From a virus (Duplodnaviria; Caudoviricetes): DNA of 53,231 nucleotides. A program made the position numbers and the translations under genes. The stretch is from positions 1 to 53,231 of IMG/VR virus record IMGVR_UViG_3300039918_000043; one strand, written 5' to 3'. How positions within the stretch are numbered: the stretch's first letter is position 1; the number at the start of each line of letters is the position of its first letter. Positions 16,663 through 26,369 of this stretch are shown here, in pieces. The notes under the pieces were generated by a model. That model searched no databases. It was not told where the DNA came from and worked only from the letters and a program-made list of their open reading frames with translations.

Positions 16663-17777
16663 GGCAATGGCACCGTCTCGGGGTTGTGGTTCTTGGCAGA
16701 AGCCGTCATGACGTAGCCCTCCGTCACACTCATCGAGCGAACGATCGAGTCCACGTAGTAATCCTGGTCGAACTTCGTCCCCGTACCGGTAAGCCGAAGC
16801 ATGGAAGTCGTCGTCAGGTCGTCGTCGGCCGGGAGGCGCGCGCGCAGCTTCATCTCGTGCTGCGTAATCTCCCGGTGTGTCTTCTGGGCAAGGAATGACG
16901 CTTGCTCCGCTGTGAGTCCGCCGCGCACGATCGAGTAGATCTGCTGGTTGCCGAACGGCGATGCCTGGCCCGCTTGCGTCGACTTCCCCTTGCTGGGGTA
17001 GTAAGCGGTGAATCCCTTAGCCTGCTTCGCGTTCCAAGAGCGCACGACCACCGTCACACCCTTGGCGACCGTCAAGCTGCGCGACAGCACTAGGTCCATT
17101 ACATTGGCCACCGGCAGGCCCTGCTCGTTGATCTCCCAGCGAATCTCGTAGGGGGCATCCTGTTCGTCAGGTCGTGGCTCGAAGTGGAGTTCCTTGCCCT
17201 TTACGTAGACGATGTAACCTTCTTCGTCTGCCAAGAACGACAGCAGGTCCCATTCGCTGCGCTGGTTCATCTGCCGTACGTGGTCGTAGGCGTAGATGTT
17301 GCCAGCGCGCTTGGTTGTCGCCGTGACGACCGGCGTCAGGCCATGCTCTTGGGCGAGCTTCGTCGCGATCTGCGACGAGGTCATGTTCTGGAACTGAAGT
17401 GACCGCTTCGAATCGATGAACGCTGCAGTCAAATCCCGCCCAGTCAGAGTGATGGTCGTACTGACAGGGTCGTAGTCGATATCATCGACGCGCCCATAGA
17501 TCAGACTCGTTAGGTCCGTCTCGCTGAAGTTCTGTGGATCAGCCGGGAAGCCCGCGAAGATCTCGACGAAGGCCTCAGACTGGTCCGAGAACCACATTGC
17601 GTCGGTTTCGTCTGGCAACTGATTCACCGCGAAGACCACTCGGAACGTATCCGCCTGGTAGAGCGTGTTGTTCTCGACCGACCAACTGACCCAACCGGTG
17701 ACTATGACGCCTGCAACCTTCACAATTGCGCGCGGCGACCGCGCCACGGGGAGCACTGGAAGGCTGTTTTTCGTCAT
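16659..17777 (-). CDS. baseplate hub / late control D-like protein
   Basis: ADTF, LTGRD, SEWDLL..LA, YYVDSIVR motifs; synteny. Confidence 0.85.
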   Translation of the reverse strand: MTKNSLPVLPVARSPRAIVKVAGVIVTGWVSWSVENNTLYQADTFRVVFAVNQLPDETDAMWFSDQSEAFVEIFAGFPADPQNFSETDLTSLIYGRVDDIDYDPVSTTITLTGRDLTAAFIDSKRSLQFQNMTSSQIATKLAQEHGLTPVVTATTKRAGNIYAYDHVRQMNQRSEWDLLSFLADEEGYIVYVKGKELHFEPRPDEQDAPYEIRWEINEQGLPVANVMDLVLSRSLTVAKGVTVVVRSWNAKQAKGFTAYYPSKGKSTQAGQASPFGNQQIYSIVRGGLTAEQASFLAQKTHREITQHEMKLRARLPADDDLTTTSMLRLTGTGTKFDQDYYVDSIVRSMSVTEGYVMTASAKNHNPETVPLP

Positions 17778-18736
17778 GAGTTCAAGATGCCCCCTACGTT
17801 GTCCTTCGAGGGCGGGACTGTGATCGTTTGGATGCCGCTGACTTCTGGGTCACCGCCCAGCTGCGGGTTGGCCTTCGCGAGACCAGTCCAGGCCATCGCG
17901 TCGCCGTATTCCTTGGCAGCCATGTCCATCAGGTTTCCGCCGGCGGTCGTGATCTGCTTCGCGCTCGAGTAAATCGAGCCGATATTCATCTGGACGCGGC
18001 CCACAGTCCGATCCAGCGCCACCAAGACGGGAAGCTGCTGGGCAGCCGCCAATTGGTTACCGAGCCGCTGCACCTGCGTCGCAATCGGGTTGTTCGGCAG
18101 GATGCCGCCCAACGTCGTGATGTTGATCAGCGTGTTGTTAGCCGACGCGATCAGCGTCTGCACTTCGTTCCGCACCGCCGCGATAGGCTGCAAAACACTG
18201 TTGAGCGTCGACTGCGCTGCGTTCGCGAAGCTAGAAACCGCCTTGACCGCCGAATTCGCGCTTGCCATCAGACCCGACAGGGACAAATCACCAATAGAGT
18301 CGGACAGCGACGTTGCGTCGAGCATGTCGCCATTGATCAGGTCGTCAATGCTCAGGTCGCCGCTTCCCGCCGTGGAGAGAGTTAGATCCTCGACCACCTC
18401 GCACACGATCCGATACGGGATCTTGTAGAAGCGGTGGAAGTTCGGCTCGAACTCCTTGATGACAACGGCGAACTGCAGTTCAGACCAAGACAGCAGCATT
18501 CCGGCGCCGGCGGCGCGCATCGCGATCAATTGCCGCGCTCGCGCCACCGCATCCGGTCCCTCGATCCATCCTGACCAAGCAATTGGACCGGTGAAATCGC
18601 CCATAGCGTCAACTTGCTTGACGCCGCCAACCAGGCGATGGACGACAAGTGCTTGCTCGCCACCAAAGGCGATCTCCTCGGGGATTTCGTTCCTTTGGAA
18701 GGTGAAATCCCCGAGTTGAAGAACGACATCAGCCAT
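17774..18736 (-). CDS. tail tube initiator with LysM-like C-terminus
   Basis: LGDFTF N-terminus; AAKEYGDAMAWTGLAKANP. Confidence 0.8.
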   Translation of the reverse strand: MADVVLQLGDFTFQRNEIPEEIAFGGEQALVVHRLVGGVKQVDAMGDFTGPIAWSGWIEGPDAVARARQLIAMRAAGAGMLLSWSELQFAVVIKEFEPNFHRFYKIPYRIVCEVVEDLTLSTAGSGDLSIDDLINGDMLDATSLSDSIGDLSLSGLMASANSAVKAVSSFANAAQSTLNSVLQPIAAVRNEVQTLIASANNTLINITTLGGILPNNPIATQVQRLGNQLAAAQQLPVLVALDRTVGRVQMNIGSIYSSAKQITTAGGNLMDMAAKEYGDAMAWTGLAKANPQLGGDPEVSGIQTITVPPSKDNVGGILNS

Positions 18737-18740
18737 TTGG

Positions 18741-20684
18741 TTATCTCATTGACGGGGCAGGCAGCGACATTCCGCGGTCAAACGTCGATGTCCCGGTCTG
18801 GGGACGGGAGAGTTCGCGCGCCTGGTGGAACGAAGTCATCTCTGCAAGCACGCGGCTATCGAGCTTGATGGTGCTATTCACCTGGACAGTGGCCTGGCCG
18901 GAGCCTGCGACGGGATTGGCCTTTGCCATCTCGTCGCCACCCCCGCCCCCGGTGATAAGCGCCTTGGCCTGCCTGTACAGCCACCCAGCATTACCGCCAC
19001 TCCCTAGACCGAAGTTAGCGAAAGGGTTGCCCATCGGCGTGCCGGCCGTCTGCAGCTTCTCCAGCATCGGCATGTTCTTCTGCCCCCAGTCGTTGACTGA
19101 GCGGAAGAACTCGGTGCCTGCGTTCAGGATCTTCGTGACGTTCGGCAGGATGCCGCGCCCCATTTCGGTCTTTAGCGACTCCCAAGCGGCCACGAAGTCG
19201 GCTTCGGCACCGCCGGCCGTGCCCTTAAACATGTCGATCGTGCCCTGGTAACCCTTAGCATTGGCGGACATCCTTGCATCACGTAGCGCTTGCACCTGCT
19301 GCGTGGTGAAGTTGGCGGCCATGTTCGAACCTTGGCGGTTCGAGACTAGGTTGTTCATGAACCCGATAATCTCGGAGTCAGTCGTCTTCCCAGCACGTTT
19401 GGCCGCTTCGGTGCCGTACTTCATGAGCCAGCCGGCAGGGTCTTCGCGAAGCATCTTCTCGTCCTTGATGTTCTTCAGGACGGTGGATTTGATCGTTTTG
19501 CCGCCGACGCTGCCACTGGTCACTTCGCTGATTTCACCCAGACCAGCGTCGGCCAGCGCGGCCATGGTCTTCTTGGGCGTACGTCCGGCGATGAGGTTCT
19601 GGTATAGCGACATCAGCGCGGTACCCGTCCGCGCCCCGCCTTGCTCCTGCATGAGAGTGGACATATTTAAGATGCCCTGATCACTCAGTCCCTTGAACGC
19701 CGCGCCGCCTGTCTTGGCGAATTGCTCAAGGTCGCTGAATGACAGTGCCCCCCCCGAGCCGGTAACGAGCTTTTGCGTAAGATCCAGACCTCGCAGGAAG
19801 TCATCCTTGCTGTCGGTCAGCCCGCGCATGTCGTTGAAGCGCATGATCGACTTCACGGCGCCGCCGTCGATCCCGCTGATTTTCCCTCCGAAGAGCCCGG
19901 CATTTGCCGCATTTAGCGCAGCAATCGTCGGGGCGACTTCCTTCGCCAAGTCCATGGATCCGAACAGGCCGACCGATTCGCGAAGCACCTCCATCAACTG
20001 TGTGCTGGAGGTGCCAAACACGCGCGTGCCGCGGGCGAACTTGTCGGCGTCCTTATTGACGGCATCCCCAAGGTTTAGCGTTCTGAACCGCGCCTCGGCC
20101 GTCTGGTAGTCCTTAGCGGCATCGTAGAGTTGCTTGCCTGCGTAGGCCGTCCCCATGACACCGGCGGCCGGCAACAACATCCCGCCAGGCAGCCCCATCC
20201 CGACCGCTCCCACCCCGAACCCGTTCGGCCCGACATGGACGTTGTTGCCGCCGTGGCCACCAAAGCCACCACCTCCGCCCGCGGCACGTCCGCCGCCGTA
20301 GCGAGGACGCATCGACATCGGGATAACGCCCCCGGGCGGCGGGAGTGCGGAGCCGCCACCACCACGACCGCCTGGGCCAAAGACGCCGAAGGCGCCGGCG
20401 GCCGCCGTACGCTGCGCAGCGGCGCTGGCCGCATGGATGGCGTTGATATTCCGGGCGAGTTGGGCGGCCTCCATATTGGCCTTGCCCATGTTGGTAGCAA
20501 GCGTGGCGTTAGCGCGCGACATGGCCCGGACGCCGACGACGTGCTTCTCCATCGCCGACAGGTGCCGGTTCACGTTGCCGGCCATGATGTCCAGCTTCCG
20601 GAACTCAGTCGCGAGCTTCAGGAGGGCCGGGCCGACCATGTCGTGCAGGACCAGGGTGGTGCCGATCTTATATGCGTCGAGCAT
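18741..20684 (-). CDS. tape measure protein
   Basis: Ala/Gly-rich helical protein between chaperones and baseplate. Confidence 0.85.
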   Translation of the reverse strand: MLDAYKIGTTLVLHDMVGPALLKLATEFRKLDIMAGNVNRHLSAMEKHVVGVRAMSRANATLATNMGKANMEAAQLARNINAIHAASAAAQRTAAAGAFGVFGPGGRGGGGSALPPPGGVIPMSMRPRYGGGRAAGGGGGFGGHGGNNVHVGPNGFGVGAVGMGLPGGMLLPAAGVMGTAYAGKQLYDAAKDYQTAEARFRTLNLGDAVNKDADKFARGTRVFGTSSTQLMEVLRESVGLFGSMDLAKEVAPTIAALNAANAGLFGGKISGIDGGAVKSIMRFNDMRGLTDSKDDFLRGLDLTQKLVTGSGGALSFSDLEQFAKTGGAAFKGLSDQGILNMSTLMQEQGGARTGTALMSLYQNLIAGRTPKKTMAALADAGLGEISEVTSGSVGGKTIKSTVLKNIKDEKMLREDPAGWLMKYGTEAAKRAGKTTDSEIIGFMNNLVSNRQGSNMAANFTTQQVQALRDARMSANAKGYQGTIDMFKGTAGGAEADFVAAWESLKTEMGRGILPNVTKILNAGTEFFRSVNDWGQKNMPMLEKLQTAGTPMGNPFANFGLGSGGNAGWLYRQAKALITGGGGGDEMAKANPVAGSGQATVQVNSTIKLDSRVLAEMTSFHQARELSRPQTGTSTFDRGMSLPAPSMR

Positions 20685-20727
20685 GGTGACCTATACTTGT
20701 CATTCCGCCGGAGCCCAAACCGACCCC

Positions 20728-21030
20728 ATGCGAAAGCTGAAACACCGAATCCACGAGTGGCTAGCCGACCACTTTTCGACGATCCAGTATCCGAAACCGT
20801 TGAAGGTCTCGGACGTAGAGGATCTCGACCAGGTCAAACTGGACCGGCGCGTGCGTCGGGTCTTTTGGTCGCTTGCGGCGGTCTGGGTGGTCGGTTCCGT
20901 GGGCGCAGCCGCCCTTTCCGCGCTATTTGAGGCGCGGTTTGCGCCAACTCCTGCCGCCGAGCCAAGCCGCGACAGTGGCGGCAAACCTCGCCTGCATGTC
21001 AGCCATCCCTCGGATACCCGCTGGACCTAA
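20728..21030 (+). CDS. opposite-strand membrane moron
   Basis: GGAG upstream, TATACT near 20692; single TM. Confidence 0.5.
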   Translation: MRKLKHRIHEWLADHFSTIQYPKPLKVSDVEDLDQVKLDRRVRRVFWSLAAVWVVGSVGAAALSALFEARFAPTPAAEPSRDSGGKPRLHVSHPSDTRWT

Positions 21031-21396
21031 CACCGGGCGGGGCGGGATATGAACCGTCCCTTGCTCGTGCCAGACCATCTTTTCGTCCGTCGACCCCACC
21101 ACAGCCTCATTCCCTTGCGAAGAGTGCGAGATGCTGTCTCGCATCTCTCCAGTCCGCAGCAGCGGCGCATCGACTGGGAACCCCTTCCGGATTTTGTCGA
21201 ACTCGGTTTCAGGCGTGAGGTCTTCCCATTTCGGGAAGGGGCCCACGGCTGGCTGGTAGTGCGCAATCTCGGACTTGGCCACCTTCTCGACCTTTTCTGC
21301 CGCCTGCTCGACCATGTGATTAGTCACAGTCGGCGCGACAGCGGCAAGGCGGGTCAGGTGATTGGCAAAGTCAACCAGGCTGCGAAATTCCTTCAT
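20923..21396 (-). CDS. HK97 gp10-like / virion morphogenesis protein
   Basis: LLRTGEMRDSI...EQGTVHIPPRPVLGP. Confidence 0.85.
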   Translation of the reverse strand: MKEFRSLVDFANHLTRLAAVAPTVTNHMVEQAAEKVEKVAKSEIAHYQPAVGPFPKWEDLTPETEFDKIRKGFPVDAPLLRTGEMRDSISHSSQGNEAVVGSTDEKMVWHEQGTVHIPPRPVLGPAGIRGMADMQARFAATVAAWLGGRSWRKPRLK

Positions 21397-21575
21397 TGCG
21401 GCGGCTCCTTGAACATCAGAGTGTTCCAATCGAACTCGGCGCCCTCGTGTTCACTCATGACCACAGCCGCAGCGAAGCGCATTGTCTCCGGCATGGCGAA
21501 GGCGACGTCAAACGGGACGCCGTTCTTCACCAGCCACAGCGCCCTGCGGAATTCCGCAGCCTGCGCTAGTTTTTT
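21393..21575 (-). CDS. -1 frameshift extension of tail assembly chaperone (GT-like)
   Basis: Slippery A AAA AAC at 21575-21569 before TAG; -1 frame reads KLAQAAEFRRALWLVKNGVPFD. Confidence 0.8.
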   Translation of the reverse strand, partial: KKLAQAAEFRRALWLVKNGVPFDVAFAMPETMRFAAAVVMSEHEGAEFDWNTLMFKEPPQ

Positions 21576-21946
21576 GCCGACTGCACCGAGCCCTGCTCTG
21601 CCGTTGACTTCCGGTACTTCTCGATACCGGCCTGGATGGCCAGAAAGCCGTCGTCGTCCAACCGCTGGATGAGCGCCTCGATCTCCGACTTCGTGGAGGG
21701 CTGATTGATGGGCTCGCCATCGATGGCCGTGACCCACATCAGCGGGAAGCACATCGCCCGATACGCGCCGTTCTCGGCCGCATCCGGGCCCATCGCCTCG
21801 GTCAGCCGGAACTGCATCAGCAGCCCAGGCTTCTTCAGTGTCAGCGTGCGTCCGCGCGCGTCCTTCTCTTCGAACGTGGCGTTTGCGGTGGCCAGAATCT
21901 GGGCCGAAGGCGTGTTGGACGATTCGGTAATGGTGACTTTGGTCAT
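21566..21946 (-). CDS. tail assembly chaperone (G-like)
   Basis: Follows tail tube; DARGRTLTLKKP; ends in slippery site. Confidence 0.85.
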   Translation of the reverse strand: MTKVTITESSNTPSAQILATANATFEEKDARGRTLTLKKPGLLMQFRLTEAMGPDAAENGAYRAMCFPLMWVTAIDGEPINQPSTKSEIEALIQRLDDDGFLAIQAGIEKYRKSTAEQGSVQSAKN

Positions 21947-21952
21947 AGGCGG

Positions 21953-22384
21953 TTAGGAAACCTGGATGCGGCGCGACGCGGTGAAGGTCAGCGAGATCTC
22001 GATCGAAGCATCGCCAGTCACGTTGCCGGCGTCGTCGTAGGTGAGCATCACGCCGTCGTAGCGGAACTGCGAAATCGCACCATTTGGCTCGGTGATCGTT
22101 TCGTAGATCTGCGCTGCCACCTCGTTCAGGCCGGCGTAGTAGTTCGCTTCGAGCTGAGCGAAGTAGCGATCGACGTCAGGGCCGTTACGCTTGGCGCGCA
22201 GGGAACCCGACCAGCCATCGAAGAAGCGCAGCGTCTCGGTGATGCCGTCGATGCGCTTGACGCGCTCGACCGTTGCATCCTGCTTGCGCGTGAAATTGGT
22301 GATCTTCGGGATCGACAACGGGCCGGACGGCGTCTGGAGCACCAGCGTAACGTCGCGCCCGATGGAATAGCCTTGAAGCGGCAT
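21953..22384 (-). CDS. tail tube protein
   Basis: 143 aa directly after sheath. Confidence 0.85.
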   Translation of the reverse strand: MPLQGYSIGRDVTLVLQTPSGPLSIPKITNFTRKQDATVERVKRIDGITETLRFFDGWSGSLRAKRNGPDVDRYFAQLEANYYAGLNEVAAQIYETITEPNGAISQFRYDGVMLTYDDAGNVTGDASIEISLTFTASRRIQVS

Positions 22385-22436
22385 GTTTTTCTCCGGAAAA
22401 CGCGCCCGGCTCGCGGCCGGGCTTCGGGTTCATGGG

Positions 22437-23969
22437 TTACTGGTTGCTCGTGGACGTCCGGATTACCGTGGCTTGAGAGCCTTCCACGTTGACGATGAAC
22501 TTCTCGATCACCGAGAGGTAGATCACCTTCACGTCGGCCTGTATGTAGCCCAACGCGACACGGTTCATCGGGTTGTTCGCCGCGTCGATCTGCACCGAGA
22601 AGGCCGGGCCGCCGTTTACGGCGCCGATCATCCCCTGCTGCTCCATCGAACTCAGGAAGTTCGACAGCGTCGCGGCGGCCTGAGCCCGCGCCGTGGCGCT
22701 CTGCAGTTGGCCGACGTACTTGCCCATGCCAGCATTGATCGTGCTGGCGATGTAGTTCGTCATACGGGTGTAGTTGTCCCCGTACGTCAGCGAGTTCGAA
22801 CTCGTGTTGTGACCCGATCGGCAGCCGAAGTAGGAGCCGCCCGGAACCGGGTTGGCGATCAGGTCGATGCCCGCCTGGATCAGCGTCTGAAGCTCGGCGC
22901 TGGAGTACTGCTGGTTGGCGTTCGACTTCTGCGTGCCGACGACGCCGTAGATCTGCTTGTTCAGGCTGCTGTTCTGCGGCGACAGATTCGACAGGAGGCC
23001 CGCCACGAATGCCTGAGGCGACACCAGACGTGTCGCGCCGTTGACGGTGTCGAGCCAGTAGACCCAGTCGCCGAACAGAAGCTTGAAGGCGTAGCTGTCG
23101 ATGCCGGCGGTGCTCTTGACCGTGACGGCATTGGCAATCGTGTCGCCGGCCGGGCCGGTGCCGATCATGTAGATACCTTCGGACAAGCCGAAAGCGATCT
23201 GAGTTGCCCAGCTCGTGGAGTCATCGCAGTCCGCGAGCATTGCCACCGAAGCGCCAGTGCTGCGCAAGGCGTACATCCCCTTGCGCGGGACGGTATCCTG
23301 GCCGAGCAGGACGGTGCCCGTAATGGTCGTCGCACCGTCCGTACCGCCGGTGAGCGTCGTCGTTGCCGCCGCCGGAGCGGTGACCCCGGCCCCTGCGGCG
23401 GCCGTCATGATCTGCGACGGGCCACGTTGAACGCTGTTGCCATTGTTGATCGCCGCGGCAATCGCCAGCCAAAGCGCATTGCCGGACAGGCCTGCACCGA
23501 TGTTGTCGAACACTTCCGGAGGAAGCGTTGGCGCTGCGATGGTCGCCTTCCAGGTGCCAGCGGCCGAGCCATTGGCCAGCGTCAGCGACACGGTGTTGCC
23601 TAGCGTTCCGGTGTACTTCGCGGTCAGCGTCAGGCAGTTCGTCTGGACGGTCGCCGTGGCCGCGACATCGGTGCCATCCGTCACCCGGACGCATCGGAAG
23701 TTGTTTGCGCCTTGCTGCACTGCGATGGCTACCGCCGTGCCCATGTCGTACTTGCGGTTCTGCACGGCACCGAACGTGCGCGCGTACGCAGCCATGTCAC
23801 CGATGATCGCTGGCGAGTTGGTAGGGCCCCACTGGGCGGTACCGACGATACCCAGGATGTTGGTCGGCACGCCGTTCAGAAGGGCGACCTGCGGCGGAAC
23901 GATCTGGACGTACAGGTCCGGGACGATGAGAGCCGTGGTATTGATCTGGCCCTGCTGCGAAATCGGCAT
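22437..23969 (-). CDS. contractile tail sheath protein
   Basis: VPDLYV, GTAQWGP, LTGGTDG motifs. Confidence 0.92.
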   Translation of the reverse strand: MPISQQGQINTTALIVPDLYVQIVPPQVALLNGVPTNILGIVGTAQWGPTNSPAIIGDMAAYARTFGAVQNRKYDMGTAVAIAVQQGANNFRCVRVTDGTDVAATATVQTNCLTLTAKYTGTLGNTVSLTLANGSAAGTWKATIAAPTLPPEVFDNIGAGLSGNALWLAIAAAINNGNSVQRGPSQIMTAAAGAGVTAPAAATTTLTGGTDGATTITGTVLLGQDTVPRKGMYALRSTGASVAMLADCDDSTSWATQIAFGLSEGIYMIGTGPAGDTIANAVTVKSTAGIDSYAFKLLFGDWVYWLDTVNGATRLVSPQAFVAGLLSNLSPQNSSLNKQIYGVVGTQKSNANQQYSSAELQTLIQAGIDLIANPVPGGSYFGCRSGHNTSSNSLTYGDNYTRMTNYIASTINAGMGKYVGQLQSATARAQAAATLSNFLSSMEQQGMIGAVNGGPAFSVQIDAANNPMNRVALGYIQADVKVIYLSVIEKFIVNVEGSQATVIRTSTSNQ

Positions 23970-24049
23970 TTGTGCCTCCGGGAACGAAAAAGGCCGCCCG
24001 GAGGCAGCCCAAAATGAACAAAGCCGCCTCTAGGGCGGCTGTGGTTTGC

Positions 24050-24196
24050 TTACTTCTTCGCCGGCGGCGGGTCCGACTCGACCTGCGTCACAAAAGACGC
24101 CTGATCGCTCGCCAGAACGGCCGCGACTTCCTTCTCGTCGGTGATCTCGTCTCCGACCTGGTGAGAGCCAAATGGCGTCTTCACGATGAGCTTCAT
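24050..24196 (-). CDS. small virion-associated protein (48 aa)
   Basis: Read manually: MKLIVKTPFGSHQVGDEITDEKEVAAVLASDQASFVTQV; GGAG RBS. Confidence 0.65.
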   Translation of the reverse strand: MKLIVKTPFGSHQVGDEITDEKEVAAVLASDQASFVTQVESDPPPAKK

Positions 24197-24201
24197 AGGT
24201 T

Positions 24202-25044
24202 TCACTCCACAATGCTCGCGATCGGGAATTGATCGGCGAGAGTCGGGCCTGCGCTGACGTTTGTCTTCGTGACCGTGATTTGCGTGTCGGTACGGACTTG
24301 CGTCGTCGAGTACTCGACGGCGTAGACCAGGTCCCGCCGGTAAATGCTCTCTTTCTGGCCGCTGTCGTCCTGGCTACTACTTTTGTAGCGGAGCGTGGCG
24401 CTCATCCCGTCCGGGAGCGTCAGGTGGAACGTGCCGGAAAGCGCAGAATCGAGCAGGTCGGCAATCGGGTCGCGGGAGTCGAAGCAATTCGCCCACACCG
24501 TGATGCGGAACGCCCGCTCCTGCCGGCGCAATTCGCGGATGCTTGTCCCGGCGCCGCCGACGCGGGGAGAAATTGCCTTCGCGCCGGGGATCGTGACCAC
24601 CGGCCCCGACGATGTAGCTGGCTGATCGGCCGACACGAGTGCCGCCAACGCGGTCGCAATCGAGGTCAGCGTGTCGTTGGACTGGACGCCATAGGCGTAT
24701 CCCTTCCCGTCGACGACCAGCGCCGCGTTCTGCGGCTGGCTGACCGCCCCACCGACCGTCACAGTCTGGCCAGCGAGCGTCAACGTCAACGTAATGGACG
24801 GCTCAACTACAGTCCGCCAGTCCGTAACCGCCGTATCGACGATCTTCTCCAGCCCATTGGGCGGGAAAACAGAGATATGGACCTTTCCTGCGGCGAGGTC
24901 CTTCGTCAGCACATCAGGCGCCGGCCATCCGCCGTAGACCTTGACCGGCTTTCCGACGATAGACGGCTGACCGGTCCCGTTCGGGTACACCAGTTGCGCG
25001 ATCAGGGCGACCAGAGCGTTTGATACTTCAGCGAGTCCCGTCAT
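24202..25044 (-). CDS. tail terminator/neck protein
   Basis: Synteny; VYGGWP, YRRDLVYAVEY. Confidence 0.75.
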   Translation of the reverse strand: MTGLAEVSNALVALIAQLVYPNGTGQPSIVGKPVKVYGGWPAPDVLTKDLAAGKVHISVFPPNGLEKIVDTAVTDWRTVVEPSITLTLTLAGQTVTVGGAVSQPQNAALVVDGKGYAYGVQSNDTLTSIATALAALVSADQPATSSGPVVTIPGAKAISPRVGGAGTSIRELRRQERAFRITVWANCFDSRDPIADLLDSALSGTFHLTLPDGMSATLRYKSSSQDDSGQKESIYRRDLVYAVEYSTTQVRTDTQITVTKTNVSAGPTLADQFPIASIVE

Positions 25045-25700
25045 TAGACGTGCACCTCAGTCAGATCCAGTCGCCACATCTGTTCGGACCGCTCCGCCCC
25101 GCCTACGCTGAAGCGGCGGCCGAGGTCGTCGATCACGATGTCGCCAGAAGCGATCACGATCGGCACGCTGACCGGCAGCCAGATGCGGAATCCGTGCTCG
25201 TCGCCCGAAGCGGGCAGTTCGGCGTGGGTCCGTGTCTTGCCGCCGAACAGTTCGGCACACGGCCAGCCGCCGGCACCGCCAGGCGACCCCAGCACAACGT
25301 CGTCGTCAGTCGCGCAGACGCCGGAATAGCCGACCGCGCCCACGGCGTTGTCATCCGACGCGGGCCGGGTGACCCAGATCCGACGATTGCAGCCGACGGC
25401 GAGGATGGGCAGGTTCTCCTGCATGCCGCCGATGAAATAGACGTTCTCGCCGCGGACCAGGTAGTCGCCCACCTGCGTCTGCCGACCGTCGATCAGGCAG
25501 TACCAGTACGGCTTTTCGGGAAGATTGGGCCGCGTGTACGTCCATTCCTGGGCCGAAAACGAGGCGTTGAGGCTCGCGACCTTCACTGTCAGCGGATCAG
25601 CAGCGCCCGCCGGGCGGTACACGTCATAGACATAACCGATACGCTTCGCGGCCTTCGCATATCCGGCGTAGATCTTGTCCTGCAGCTTGGCCGCGTCCAT
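25044..25700 (-). CDS. head closure/head-tail joining protein
   Basis: MDAAKLQDKIYAGY start; synteny. Confidence 0.75.
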   Translation of the reverse strand: MDAAKLQDKIYAGYAKAAKRIGYVYDVYRPAGAADPLTVKVASLNASFSAQEWTYTRPNLPEKPYWYCLIDGRQTQVGDYLVRGENVYFIGGMQENLPILAVGCNRRIWVTRPASDDNAVGAVGYSGVCATDDDVVLGSPGGAGGWPCAELFGGKTRTHAELPASGDEHGFRIWLPVSVPIVIASGDIVIDDLGRRFSVGGAERSEQMWRLDLTEVHV

Positions 25701-25701
25701 T

Positions 25702-26097
25702 TCACGCCCTTCCGATGCTGATTCCGCCCGATCCAAGCGACGGACCAGGCGCGATTCCGATGAAATCGCACATCCTGCGGCGCCACATGTCGAACAGTGA
25801 CGTCCGGTCGCGAACCTCATTGGAGTTGTGAGTCCACACTGCAGCCTGGGCCGTGTCCAGATTTTCTCCAGAGTCGGTGATGGCTGTCTCCAACGTGTTC
25901 AGCTTCGCCAAGTAGGTCGTGACTAGAATCGCCTCTTCCTCGGGGCGCAAGTTGTTCAGCCGGTGGTTCAGCGTCTGCCAAACACCCGGAGAGACCCAGC
26001 CGTAGGCGAAGTCGCGCGAGTCGTCGACGACCGAGTCCGCTAGAAGCGGATAGCCGGCGTAGCGGCGCACATCGGCCAATTGCTGGGCCGTGAGCAT
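25702..26097 (-). CDS. head-tail connector
   Basis: DVRRYAGYP N-terminus; synteny. Confidence 0.75.
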   Translation of the reverse strand: MLTAQQLADVRRYAGYPLLADSVVDDSRDFAYGWVSPGVWQTLNHRLNNLRPEEEAILVTTYLAKLNTLETAITDSGENLDTAQAAVWTHNSNEVRDRTSLFDMWRRRMCDFIGIAPGPSLGSGGISIGRA

Positions 26098-26303
26098 TAC
26101 TTCGTCCTCCAGCCACCGAGGGCGTAGTTGCCCACTTCGTCCGGGTGGACGTTGGCTTCATGCGGTTCCGGATACTCCTCCGGATCACGCACCATCTTGA
26201 CGAGCTTCACCGCTTTCTGGGCTGCCTGCTTGTCTTGCTTCTGGCCAGCATCTGCGCCCTCGGCGCCTTGGTTCACGCCGGCTTGACTGTTGGTGTCTTC
26301 CAT
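26097..26303 (-). CDS. small head-associated protein
   Basis: ANVHPDEV..Y...GW; AAGG RBS. Confidence 0.7.
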   Translation of the reverse strand: MEDTNSQAGVNQGAEGADAGQKQDKQAAQKAVKLVKMVRDPEEYPEPHEANVHPDEVGNYALGGWRTK

Positions 26304-26369
26304 CGTCTGTACCTTCCTTAATGTTAGCTGGGACCGCCGGGCGAACCCGGCAGTCTCGGTTACCAGGCT

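Noticed and set aside
22383-23603. 406-aa plus-strand ORF
   Set aside because: Shadow frame antisense to the sheath gene in GC-rich DNA; no motifs
24030-24212. Listed 60-aa ORF
   Set aside because: A different frame (24050-24196) has the RBS and a plausible sequence
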